From positions 1-48,970 of the forward strand of contig JAQTWD010000002.1 in the NCBI GenBank assembly GCA_028689435.1: a stretch of 48,970 nucleotides of DNA, read 5' to 3'. Shown one piece after another: positions 16,614 to 25,566 of the stretch (the stretch's first letter is position 1; every line of letters begins with the position of its first letter). A program made the position numbers and the translations under genes. Origin of the DNA: Minisyncoccota bacterium. GTDB taxonomy: Bacteria > Patescibacteriota > Minisyncoccia > Phycocordibacterales > UBA12079. A model generated the notes under the pieces. The model was given only the letters and a program-made list of their open reading frames with translations. It did not search any database and was not told where the DNA came from.

Positions 16614-17831
16614 TTACCTCAATAGTTCTATTGCCTTATCCATTTGAGGATCCAAACCATCTTCAAATTGTTCTTGAGTAATCTCGACATTTACATCTGG
16701 CTCTAAACCATTATTTGAAATTGAATTTCCATTTGGAGTAAGCCATTTTGCCACTGTTATCTTTAAAGATGTATCAGGTGTCAAATTGATCAATTCTTGA
16801 ACAGAACCTTTTCCAAAAGTCTTCGTTCCTACAATTTTAGCAATTCCGTGTTCTTTTAATGCACCTGCTAATATTTCAGATGCAGAAGCTGAACCGCCAT
16901 TGACCAGTATAACAAATTTAAGATTGTTATTAAATATATTATATCCCTTACTTCTGTGTACTTTGTCTTCCTCATCAACACCGTAATCCTCGGTCACGAT
17001 TATTTTACCTGCTGGCAAAAACCAACTTGCCATATCTACGGCAGCCTCTAGGTATCCTCCTGGGTTTCCTCTTAGATCCAAAACCAATTTATTTGTTTTT
17101 GATTCTACAAATTCTCTCAAAGCATCTCTGAACAAATTGGGAGAAGTCGCAGAAAAATTATACAAACTGATTATAAAAACATCCCCCCTTTTTTCGGTGT
17201 CTATTGTTGGTATATTTATATTATCTCTGATAACTGAAATTTCTATCAAATCAGCAACACCCTCTCTGGAAATTGTCAGCTTAACTGCAGTTCCTTTTTC
17301 TCCTCTGATAAGTTTTACTGCTTGATCGGTACTAAAATTTGAGGTTATTTGTTCATCAATTTTTATAATCTTGTCCCCTGGTTTTATACCGGCTTTTTCA
17401 GCAGGAGTATTTTTTAAAGGAGAAACGACAGTAATAATTCCGTCTCTTATTCCTATCTCCATACCAACACCACTAAATGACCCTTGAATATCATCGTTAA
17501 ACATTTCGCTTTCAGCAGGTGGCATAAAAACTGTATAAGGGTCTTTATATGAAGAAGCCAACCCTTGGATAGCACCCCATACTTTGTCTTGATCTGTTAT
17601 ATCGTCAGGAGAAACATATTTCTCGTTCAAAATATTCCACGCTCTCCAAAAATCACTGAAATCGGCTTTTGTTGTGTTCAAAGTATCTTCTTTGTTAATA
17701 ACATTGTTTATGGCTTCTGCACCCTTTTTTTGATTTTTTCCAAAATAAAAACCTATTCCAAAAATCAAACTAATTAAAAAAATAGCTACAATAATCGGAA
17801 CAATTTTTTTCAATGATAAATTTTTACTCAT
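16614..17831 (-). CDS. ctpA: S41 family carboxy-terminal processing protease
   Basis: TM anchor, PDZ-like segment (GIKPGDKIIKID), then LRGNPGGYL and GGSASASEILAGAL catalytic motifs. Confidence 0.85.
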   Translation of the reverse strand: MSKNLSLKKIVPIIVAIFLISLIFGIGFYFGKNQKKGAEAINNVINKEDTLNTTKADFSDFWRAWNILNEKYVSPDDITDQDKVWGAIQGLASSYKDPYTVFMPPAESEMFNDDIQGSFSGVGMEIGIRDGIITVVSPLKNTPAEKAGIKPGDKIIKIDEQITSNFSTDQAVKLIRGEKGTAVKLTISREGVADLIEISVIRDNINIPTIDTEKRGDVFIISLYNFSATSPNLFRDALREFVESKTNKLVLDLRGNPGGYLEAAVDMASWFLPAGKIIVTEDYGVDEEDKVHRSKGYNIFNNNLKFVILVNGGSASASEILAGALKEHGIAKIVGTKTFGKGSVQELINLTPDTSLKITVAKWLTPNGNSISNNGLEPDVNVEITQEQFEDGLDPQMDKAIELLR

Positions 17832-17928
17832 CCCGTTAGAAATTTTAATATTTATAATGTCTTAATTTTTTAAAAGTTTAAATATTGTTTATATATATAA
17901 TTCCGTATGAATAAAAATCTCTAACGGG
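17832..17928 (-). mobile_element. TIR element copy B (97 bp) abutting the ctpA start codon
   Basis: Minus strand: CCCGTTAGAGAT...ATTTCTAACGGG, followed directly by ATG. Flanked by identical hexamers ACTCAT (17826-17831 and 17929-17934), which read ATGAGT on the gene strand. Confidence 0.7.
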
Positions 17929-18159
17929 ACTCATATATGCAAAGAATTATATCATAGAGATAATATTTTTATAAACAATATATTTAAACATATTTAAAAA
18001 AATAATGAATCAACAATCTTAAACTTCTCACGATCGTGAAAAGTTTAAGATTGTTTATATTTTTTATATTTTAATTTTGACTACAAATCATACGGTCGTA
18101 TGATTTGTAGTCAATAATTTTTTTATACTTTAATTGTTAAATAAGAAATTAAATGACGA

Positions 18160-18205
18160 AAAATAAAAAGAGGGCGAAAGGTTTCTGAAAGAAACCTTTC
18201 GCCCT
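18160..18205 (-). terminator. rho-independent terminator of the two-gene G+C-rich operon
   Basis: 16-bp perfect stem AGGGCGAAAGGTTTCT / AGAAACCTTTCGCCCT followed by a T-tract on the minus strand. Confidence 0.8.
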
Positions 18206-18221
18206 TCTTCGCTCTCGCCCC

Positions 18222-18395
18222 CTACGAGAACAGTTCGGCCACGACATATAAAATCCCAACCAAACTGCAGAGTGCACCTATGGCGACCATCATTCTTGCT
18301 GGTCCGCGAACATACCACGGAGCAGTAGTAAGGACGGTCACAACAGAATTGCCATTATTTTTGCGAGCTTCGGCTCGACGCTGATGGCGGTTCAT
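18222..18395 (-). CDS. 57-aa membrane protein (not in the ORF track), coupled to the upstream gene
   Basis: ATG overlaps the upstream TGA (ATGA), and GGAGGTG lies just upstream. Translation: MNRHQRRAEARKNNGNSVVTVLTTAPWYVRGPARMMVAIGALCSLVGILYVVAELFS. One C-terminal TM helix. Confidence 0.55.
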   Translation of the reverse strand: MNRHQRRAEARKNNGNSVVTVLTTAPWYVRGPARMMVAIGALCSLVGILYVVAELFS

Positions 18396-18619
18396 TGAAC
18401 ACCTCCTGTTACGGCCGCCACCAAGGCGGGGCTGGGGTTGTTGTTGTCACACTGCGTAAAGCCGACACCTTTGGGCGACGACTCACGATAGACACAGCCG
18501 GCCAGCTCATCGGCCGTGGTCTCGTTGTTCTTGCGAATCCCCTCGCTGGTCATGACGAATGTCAAGATAACCATCCCGAGACACACCGACGCGACCAAAA
18601 CATTGAACATGTTTTTCAT
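18392..18619 (-). CDS. 75-aa secreted/membrane protein (G+C-rich island)
   Basis: GGAGGTG SD. TTGACA promoter at about 18666-18696. N-terminal signal/TM segment and two Cys residues. No family recognised. Confidence 0.55.
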   Translation of the reverse strand: MKNMFNVLVASVCLGMVILTFVMTSEGIRKNNETTADELAGCVYRESSPKGVGFTQCDNNNPSPALVAAVTGGVQ

Positions 18620-18772
18620 GGAAACACCTCCAAAAAAAATTAATTAATGTGAAAAATCCTGTCTAATAATATCTCACAAAACGATATGTTTGTCAATAGG
18701 TTTAAAAAAATGAAATATAGGTTAAAATTTAAGTATTATTTATAATAAACCTGCCCAAAGCAGAATCTCAAA

Positions 18773-19687
18773 ATGTTAAAAAGATATACTTCCAACAACA
18801 CAACATGGATTGATCTATTCCAACCTACTCCCGAAGAAATTCGCGAGGTAATGGAAGAGTTTGATATTCATCCAAGTGTTGCGAACGACCTTATTACACC
18901 AACATTCAAACCAATGGTAGAATTGCACAAAAACTTTGTCTATCTCATTCTCCACTTCCCTGCTTTTAGACATACTCATTCATACGAAGAAAATCAAGAA
19001 GTAGATTTTGTTATCGGAAAAGATTTTCTGATTACATCAAGATACGACACGATAGACCCAATTCACAAATTTTCAAAAGAATTTGAGGTCAATTCAATAC
19101 TAGATAAAAAAGAAAAAAACGCTGACACAGAACATGTTTTCTTTTTGTTAGTTAAAAAACTTTATGGTTCTATTAATCACGAACTAGAATACATTCAAGA
19201 CGCCCTAGAAGATGTAGAAAAGAGAATTTTTCAAGGTGAAGAGAAAAAAATGGTTAAAGAATTATCTTTCTTGGGAAGAGACTTATTAAACGCCAAACAA
19301 GCTACTAATCCTCACAAAGAAACTTTGGATTCCTTAGAAGAAGTCGGGGCTGGTTTGTTTGGTAAAAATTTTAACAATCAAATACACTCAATAAAAAACG
19401 AATATCGCAGAATCAGACATAAAATTGAAATAAACAAAGAATCATTAAATGAATTACGCGAAACAAACAATTCTTTGCTTTCAACAAAGGAAAATGAAAC
19501 GATAAAAACACTAACCATTATGGCGTTTGTTACATTTCCTCTTTCTTTGATAGCATCAATTTTTGGAATGAATACTGTTAATATGCCAATAATAGGGGCA
19601 GAAAAAGATTTTTGGATAGTAATCGGAATTATGCTTGCATTAGCGACCTTGTTCTTTATTTTCTTTAAATACAAAAAATGGCTGTAA
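18773..19687 (+). CDS. corA: CorA family magnesium/cobalt transporter
   Basis: C-terminal two TM helices with the FGMN motif. About 300 aa. Confidence 0.85.
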   Translation: MLKRYTSNNTTWIDLFQPTPEEIREVMEEFDIHPSVANDLITPTFKPMVELHKNFVYLILHFPAFRHTHSYEENQEVDFVIGKDFLITSRYDTIDPIHKFSKEFEVNSILDKKEKNADTEHVFFLLVKKLYGSINHELEYIQDALEDVEKRIFQGEEKKMVKELSFLGRDLLNAKQATNPHKETLDSLEEVGAGLFGKNFNNQIHSIKNEYRRIRHKIEINKESLNELRETNNSLLSTKENETIKTLTIMAFVTFPLSLIASIFGMNTVNMPIIGAEKDFWIVIGIMLALATLFFIFFKYKKWL

Positions 19688-19757
19688 AATTAAATTCTCA
19701 ATTTAATTTTACCGCAGAAAGTCGCAGAACGAACGCAGAATAACGCAGAAATTTTAT

Positions 19758-21188
19758 ATGCTGAAAATATACAACACATTAACAAAACAAAAACAAGAAT
19801 TTAAACCTTTAAAAGAAAAAAAGGTTGGTTTTTATCAATGCGGACCGACTGTTTATTGGACTCAACACATTGGTAATATTCGCGCTATGGTAATGTCAGA
19901 TATTATTGTCAGAACATTTAAATATCTGGGTTACGAAGTAAACTTTGTCCGCAATTATACCGACGTTGGACATCTTACAAGTGATGCGGATTTTGGCGAA
20001 GACAAACTGGAAAAAGGTGCAAAAAGAGAAAATCTAACCCCACAACAAATTTCTGAAAAATATATAAAAATATTTGAAGAGGATTTAAAAAAACTAAACA
20101 CCCTTTCCCCTACCCACCGTCCAAAAGCAACAGAAACAATTCCAGAAATTGTAAGCATGATCCAGACATTGATTGATAAAGGATTTGCTTACCAAACAGA
20201 TTTGGCAATTTATTTTGATATATCAAAAGCAAAAGATTATACAAAACTTTCTGGACAGTCTCTTGAAAAAAATATTCAAGGCGCAGGTTCTGGAGATGTG
20301 ACTGACATACAAAAGAAAAATCATTCCGACTTTGCTCTTTGGTTTTTCAAAAAAGGAGTTCACCAAAACGCTTTGCAAACTTGGAAATCTCCTTGGGGCC
20401 AAGGTTTCCCTGGTTGGCACATAGAATGTTCTGCAATGAGTAAAAAATTTATTGGAGACACAATAGATATTCACATGGGAGGAGTAGAGCATATTCCTGT
20501 GCACCATACCAACGAAATTGCTCAAAGCGAATCGGCAAACGATACAAAATTTGTAAACTATTGGATACACAACGAGCATCTTTTGGTTGACGGTGGAAAA
20601 ATGTCAAAATCACAAGGCACCTCTTTTAGCGTTTCTGATATAGAAAAAAGGGGATACAGACCTCTGTCACTGCGATATTTTTTCTTGCAAGCTCATTATC
20701 GCTCTCAACAAAATTTTACATGGGACGCGCTAAGAGCTTCTCAAACTGGTCTGATTAATTTATACGGGCAAGTCGCAAAACTTGATAATACAAATTTTTT
20801 TCAAAAAGTTTTTTCTCCTAGAGGGAAAATAAATATTGATTACAAGAAAAAATTTACAGAAAAATTAGAAGATGATTTTAACACAGCACAAGCATTGGCT
20901 GTTGTATCTGATTTATTAAAATCCAATTTAAATGACAAAGACAAATTAGCAACAATCTTAGATTTTGATAAAGTATTGGGATTAGATTTAAACAAAGCAA
21001 AATCTATGGCACCAAAAATATTTTCTGACAAAATAATTCCTTCTAATATTGTTATGTTAGTAGAAAAAAGAAAAGAAGCGAAAAAAAATAAAGATTATGC
21101 AGAATCAGACCGCTTGAGAGACGAAATAAAAAAACTAGGTTACGAAATAAAAGACACCCCCGAAGGACAAAAAATTTATAAAAATTAA
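19758..21188 (+). CDS. cysS: cysteinyl-tRNA synthetase
   Basis: CGPTVYWTQHIGN (HIGH), WHIECS, KMSKSQG. Confidence 0.9.
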   Translation: MLKIYNTLTKQKQEFKPLKEKKVGFYQCGPTVYWTQHIGNIRAMVMSDIIVRTFKYLGYEVNFVRNYTDVGHLTSDADFGEDKLEKGAKRENLTPQQISEKYIKIFEEDLKKLNTLSPTHRPKATETIPEIVSMIQTLIDKGFAYQTDLAIYFDISKAKDYTKLSGQSLEKNIQGAGSGDVTDIQKKNHSDFALWFFKKGVHQNALQTWKSPWGQGFPGWHIECSAMSKKFIGDTIDIHMGGVEHIPVHHTNEIAQSESANDTKFVNYWIHNEHLLVDGGKMSKSQGTSFSVSDIEKRGYRPLSLRYFFLQAHYRSQQNFTWDALRASQTGLINLYGQVAKLDNTNFFQKVFSPRGKINIDYKKKFTEKLEDDFNTAQALAVVSDLLKSNLNDKDKLATILDFDKVLGLDLNKAKSMAPKIFSDKIIPSNIVMLVEKRKEAKKNKDYAESDRLRDEIKKLGYEIKDTPEGQKIYKN

Positions 21189-21404
21189 AATTAAAAATTC
21201 TTCTGGATTTACTGCTCCGAATTTTTTGCCTAAAAAATCCGAAGTTCACTTCGTTCGCAATGACGAGTTGTACCATCGTCTTCGCGAGAAGTGGAACACA
21301 GTGGAACGACGAAGCGATCCAAAAACCACCATTTTGTAATATAAACTACTACAAACTAAACAAAAAATCGGTGAAGTGGCCAAAAGACCACCTCACCGAT
21401 TAAG

Positions 21405-22109
21405 TTATACCAGATCTACATCAATGCAGATTTTCTTGTTTCTTGCTTTCAAAAATTCGCCTGTTGCGGTGAATGTTTTTTTGATAATAAAATAAATCAA
21501 ATAAATTACGAGGCAAATCGCTCCTAGATATAATACAGGAATAAACAATCCTGTTATTGCCATTGAAAATAACTCGGCTATCACCTCTGGCGTTTTAGCA
21601 ATAACACCAAATGTCCTGTCGGGTTGCTGGGCAAATTGATACCAAATAACAAAGCCCAGTATAAATTTCCACGGAGCGATAAACTTTTTTTCACCCACAA
21701 ACTGTCCAAGCTCATCTCTTTTCTCGTATGTTTGATACGGGTGAGTAAAGCGATCTGCGTCCTCACGAAAATCAAGAATAAAACCAAAGATTCCTGTAAA
21801 TACAGATACAACAATGACGAATACAAAACCACAGCAAAACCTCGGAATCCCCCAAAATATTCCCCAGAAAAGTTTGCAAATATTTGACGGATACTCTTTT
21901 TTACTATTTTTTTCTAAGAAATTGCATTTGTATACACTATCTATTACGAAACTTTTTTTATTTACCCGAAGAATTCCATTTTTTATCTTTGGTCTGCCTA
22001 ACGACATCTCTGCCAAAATGCAAACCAACAAAATATACCCGAAAGGTACTAACGAAGACCAACAAATAAATTTGATCAAAAGTTCCTGCATTTTTTCCTC
22101 CCTGTTCAA
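21405..22109 (-). CDS. multi-pass membrane protein, hypothetical
   Basis: Several TM helices. TTGACA promoter upstream and a hairpin terminator (CGGTGAGGTGG.../...CCACTTCACCG) downstream. Confidence 0.45.
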   Translation of the reverse strand: MNREEKMQELLIKFICWSSLVPFGYILLVCILAEMSLGRPKIKNGILRVNKKSFVIDSVYKCNFLEKNSKKEYPSNICKLFWGIFWGIPRFCCGFVFVIVVSVFTGIFGFILDFREDADRFTHPYQTYEKRDELGQFVGEKKFIAPWKFILGFVIWYQFAQQPDRTFGVIAKTPEVIAELFSMAITGLFIPVLYLGAICLVIYLIYFIIKKTFTATGEFLKARNKKICIDVDLV

Positions 22110-22209
22110 AGATTATAGATTTTTGAAAGTCACTTTTTCTAATGTTACTTTAAAAGAAATAATCCTATTTGTCAATATAAAAAAGTTGGCGGTTCGACCG
22201 CCAACTTTT

Positions 22210-22323
22210 TTACTTGGGTGGAAAAGGAAGAAAAAACTCAAAAATAAAAAGTGAAATAACGACAGCCATTACAAAAATTAAAAACCGTCTTGAAATCTCT
22301 TTAAAGGACAGCTTCTCTCTCAT
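22210..22323 (-). CDS. 37-aa hydrophobic peptide (not in the ORF track)
   Basis: AAAGGAGGAATT SD before the ATG. Translation: MREKLSFKEISRRFLIFVMAVVISLFIFEFFLPFPPK. Followed by the hairpin GTTGGCGGTTCGACCGCCAAC. Confidence 0.35.
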   Translation of the reverse strand: MREKLSFKEISRRFLIFVMAVVISLFIFEFFLPFPPK

Positions 22324-22541
22324 AATTCCTCCTTTGTCACAACAATATCATAATTAACTTATCTCCTTTCAAAATAACACAGTAAAATCGCTCTGTAAAT
22401 CATATAGAAATTGAAAATTGAAAATTGAAAATTAACCAAATTCTGCTTTGCAGAATTTGGTTGTGTTATCCCCACCACTTCCCCATCTTCTCAACCAAAC
22501 AAGGTTTCCTTTGGAAGTAACTCCTGTGTTAAAATTCCCCT

Positions 22542-23930
22542 ATGGCAGAAAAAAATAACCCTCAAAAATTAAGAATTCCTCCTCAAGACATTGATTCAGA
22601 AAAAGCTCTTTTGGGTTCTGTAATGTTAAAAGCAGATGCACTTTTTGAAGTTATGGATTTTATTTCGGTTGAATGTTTTTACGCCGAAAAACACAGACTC
22701 GTTTTCAAAGCGATGCTTGAATTGTTTTCAAAAAAAGAACCAATTGATGTTCTTACCCTTTCAAACAAATTAAAAAACAAACAAGTCTTTGATCAAATTG
22801 GCGGAAGTGATTATCTAACAGAGCTGGTTAATACAGTTCCCTCCTCTGCAAATATTGAATATTATGCCAAAATCGTCCATAAAAAATATATGCTGAGAAG
22901 ATTGATTGAATCTTCTGAGAAGATTTCTGAATTGGGATACAACGAAGGAAATGATTTGGACGAATCACTGGATAAAGCGGAAAAAAGTATTTACGAGGTA
23001 ACAACCGCATTACTTTCAAATAAATTTATTGAGATCAAAGACGCATTAGGTGAAGCATTTGAAAGACTTAGTCGTCTTCACGAATCCACAGACAAAATGA
23101 GAGGTGTTCCATCTGGATTTAAAAGTTTGGACAACAAACTTTCTGGATTTCAAAAATCAGATCTTATTATTTTGGCGGCTCGTCCTTCTATGGGTAAAAC
23201 CGCTTTTGCGCTGGACATTGCCAGAAGAGTAGCAATAGAACACAAAAAACCTGTGGCTATTTTTTCTTTGGAAATGAGTTCTCAACAATTGGTTGATAGA
23301 ATGCTCGCTGCCGATTCAAAAGTAGACGCATGGAAACTTCGCACAGGAAAATTGAACAAAGAAGAAGAATTTGATTTGATCAGAGAATCTTTGAACAATC
23401 TTTCAAAGGCTCCTATCTTTATAGATGACCAGCCAGCAAATAATATTCTCAAAATGCGTTCTATGGCGAGAAAATTGAAAACACAGCACGTACTTGATTT
23501 GATTATTGTAGACTATCTTCAATTGATCGCCCCTACACAAACAAAATCGTCCGACAATGTGGTTCAACAAGTAACAGAAATATCCAGATCGCTAAAACAT
23601 TTAGCGAGAGAATTGGATGTGCCTGTTATTGCTCTTTCACAGCTAAGTCGTGCCATTGAATCACGAGGAGGTAGACCAAAACTTTCCGACCTCCGAGATT
23701 CTGGATCTATTGAACAGGATGCCGATGTGGTTATGTTTATTCACAGAGAAAAAAATGACGACGGCGAAAAATCTAATGTCACAGAAATTCTAATTGAAAA
23801 GCACAGAAACGGGCCGACGGGCAGAGTGACACTGAACTTTGACGATAAAAAGGCAACCTTCCAAGAAATTGATACCAATGCCTTTGACGATTTTGCTCTT
23901 ACAGAGGTAGGTGACGATGATGCCTTCTGA
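22542..23930 (+). CDS. dnaB: replicative DNA helicase
   Basis: PPQDIDSEKALLGS N-terminal domain, Walker A ARPSMGKTAFAL, LSQLSR, RDSGSIEQDAD. Confidence 0.9.
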   Translation: MAEKNNPQKLRIPPQDIDSEKALLGSVMLKADALFEVMDFISVECFYAEKHRLVFKAMLELFSKKEPIDVLTLSNKLKNKQVFDQIGGSDYLTELVNTVPSSANIEYYAKIVHKKYMLRRLIESSEKISELGYNEGNDLDESLDKAEKSIYEVTTALLSNKFIEIKDALGEAFERLSRLHESTDKMRGVPSGFKSLDNKLSGFQKSDLIILAARPSMGKTAFALDIARRVAIEHKKPVAIFSLEMSSQQLVDRMLAADSKVDAWKLRTGKLNKEEEFDLIRESLNNLSKAPIFIDDQPANNILKMRSMARKLKTQHVLDLIIVDYLQLIAPTQTKSSDNVVQQVTEISRSLKHLARELDVPVIALSQLSRAIESRGGRPKLSDLRDSGSIEQDADVVMFIHREKNDDGEKSNVTEILIEKHRNGPTGRVTLNFDDKKATFQEIDTNAFDDFALTEVGDDDAF

Positions 23931-24004
23931 CAAAATTCTAAGCACCAAACTCTAAATCCTAAACAATTTTCAAAATATAAATTTTAAAAAATTAAAATTT
24001 TATT

Positions 24005-24628
24005 ATGTCGAATAATATAGACAAATTAGCTGAATATTTTTCCAAATTCCCCGGAATAGGACCAAGACAATCAAAAAGATTTGTGTATTTTTTGCTTACC
24101 CGAGATGATCAATATTTAAAAGAATTATCTGAAAATATTTTAAATCTAAAAAAATCAGTCAATATCTGTGAAATTTGTTTTTGTTACTTTCAATCAAAAA
24201 ATCCACAAGCAAAAACCCAATGTGATATTTGCAGAGACACCACCAGAGACGACTCTGTTTTTATGATTGTTGGAAAAGATGCTGATATGGAAAATATAGA
24301 AAAAAATAATATTTATAATGGAAGATATTTTATTCTGGGAGGATACTTGCCTATTCTAAAAAATAACGCCAGTTGGGTAAGATCAAAAGAGCTTTTTAAA
24401 CTGGTTGAGAGAGAAATAGAAAAAGGAAAATTGAAAGAAATTATCTTGGCACTAAGTCTTAGCCCCGAAGGAGAAAATACTATATATCATATTCAGCAAA
24501 TATTGAAACCTTTGCAAGAAAAATATTCTTTCAAAATATCCACACTGGGTAAAGGATTGTCTACAGGAAGTGAGTTGGAATATTCAGACGACGACACTCT
24601 CAAAAATGCATTAAAAAATCGTAGCTAA
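24005..24628 (+). CDS. recR: recombination protein RecR
   Basis: FPGIGPRQSKR helix-hairpin-helix motif, C4 zinc finger (CEIC...CDIC), Toprim region. Confidence 0.85.
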   Translation: MSNNIDKLAEYFSKFPGIGPRQSKRFVYFLLTRDDQYLKELSENILNLKKSVNICEICFCYFQSKNPQAKTQCDICRDTTRDDSVFMIVGKDADMENIEKNNIYNGRYFILGGYLPILKNNASWVRSKELFKLVEREIEKGKLKEIILALSLSPEGENTIYHIQQILKPLQEKYSFKISTLGKGLSTGSELEYSDDDTLKNALKNRS

Positions 24629-24708
24629 AATAATAGCTAGATTTTACCGTTATTTTTGTGTATATTGATAAAAGATTATGAACCTTCAATTAAACACAGA
24701 GGTGAAGT

Positions 24709-25107
24709 ATGACAATGGCGGAACTTATCGGACCTCAATGGATTAATGCGCTTTTTTCTGTATCACTAACAGCAGTTATTCTTTCGTTATTATTTATTGC
24801 TCTCAGAATGTTTTTAAATAATGACGAGAAAAAACTTGTTGAAAAAATCAAAAAAATTGGACATGCGGTAATTACCGAAAAAATTTATATTGACCAGACA
24901 ACATGTATCATAGGAAATGGAAAAATGCCAGGATCATTTGAAAGAATTTTAGGTGATGGGAGGGAAACGTATGATTCTTTAGACAATCTTCCAAAAGGAG
25001 AATTTCCTCATATAGAAATAAAATATTTTCCAATAAAAAATGGTGTTAGTGTGAGAAGAATCGCCCGAGTAAATCTGACGATATTCAACAAACAGATGTT
25101 TGATTAA
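24709..25107 (+). CDS. membrane-anchored hypothetical protein
   Basis: AGAGGTGA SD, one TM helix, terminator hairpin at about 25108-25140. Confidence 0.4.
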   Translation: MTMAELIGPQWINALFSVSLTAVILSLLFIALRMFLNNDEKKLVEKIKKIGHAVITEKIYIDQTTCIIGNGKMPGSFERILGDGRETYDSLDNLPKGEFPHIEIKYFPIKNGVSVRRIARVNLTIFNKQMFD

Positions 25108-25264
25108 AAAAACAAAGTCCGCCACTCGGCGGACTTTTTTATTATAAATTTAAAATGGATTGCTTCGTGCCTCGCAAAGACAGAGAGGTCAGCTTCGTCA
25201 ACACTGTTAGCTGTTGGTTGTCCGCTGTGAGCTTCGTCCTCGTCCGCGCTATCAGCTATAAGCT

Positions 25265-25309
25265 CTGCCTCTTTTCTAAAAGAAAAGCAACGACACGGCA
25301 GGCAGGTAT
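25265..25309. repeat. left arm of the 45-bp perfect inverted repeat bracketing rmuC
   Basis: CTGCCTCTTTTCTAAAAGAAAAGCAACGACACGGCAGGCAGGTAT is the exact reverse complement of 26683-26727. Similarity continues imperfectly for about 15 bp on each side. Confidence 0.9.
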
Positions 25310-25320
25310 CGGCTATTAGC

Positions 25321-25563
25321 TTATTTTTTATCATTCTTTCTCAAACATTTTTTGAAAAGCTTTCTCCCGTAACACTCTTCGTAAATCTTTTTTCTTTCCA
25401 ATTCTTTTATCCAAGAAAGTATCAATGCACACAACAAAAGTAACTGCCAACCGATGAATTCGTATTTGGTAAATATAAGGTAACTACCTGCAACAAAAAT
25501 CCCCCAGAAAAATCCTGGACAATAAAATAATTTTGAAAAAAATACTCTTATATGATTAGACAT
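25321..25563 (-). CDS. small two-TM membrane protein, hypothetical
   Basis: ORF directly downstream of rmuC on the same strand; hydrophobic. Confidence 0.35.
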   Translation of the reverse strand: MSNHIRVFFSKLFYCPGFFWGIFVAGSYLIFTKYEFIGWQLLLLCALILSWIKELERKKIYEECYGRKLFKKCLRKNDKK

Positions 25564-25566
25564 AAA

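Noticed and set aside
21814-22254. 146-aa and 61-87-aa plus-strand ORFs opposite the 21405-22109 membrane protein gene.
   Set aside because: They are antisense to an ORF that has a promoter, a terminator and coherent TM topology. They also run across a terminator hairpin.
22466-22474. A DnaA-box-like TTATCCCCA upstream of dnaB, with another TTATCCACT at about 734-742, which might mark oriC.
   Set aside because: These are single isolated near-matches with no cluster of boxes, no adjacent AT-rich unwinding element pattern, and no dnaA or dnaN nearby.
25104-25334. ORFs lying wholly in repeat-rich spacers: 25104-25334, 26746-27105 and 40141-40332.
   Set aside because: They are composed of the GCTATCAGCTAT / GATTGCTTCG repeat words, lack start-site signals, and overlap the inverted or direct repeats flanking rmuC and tspO.
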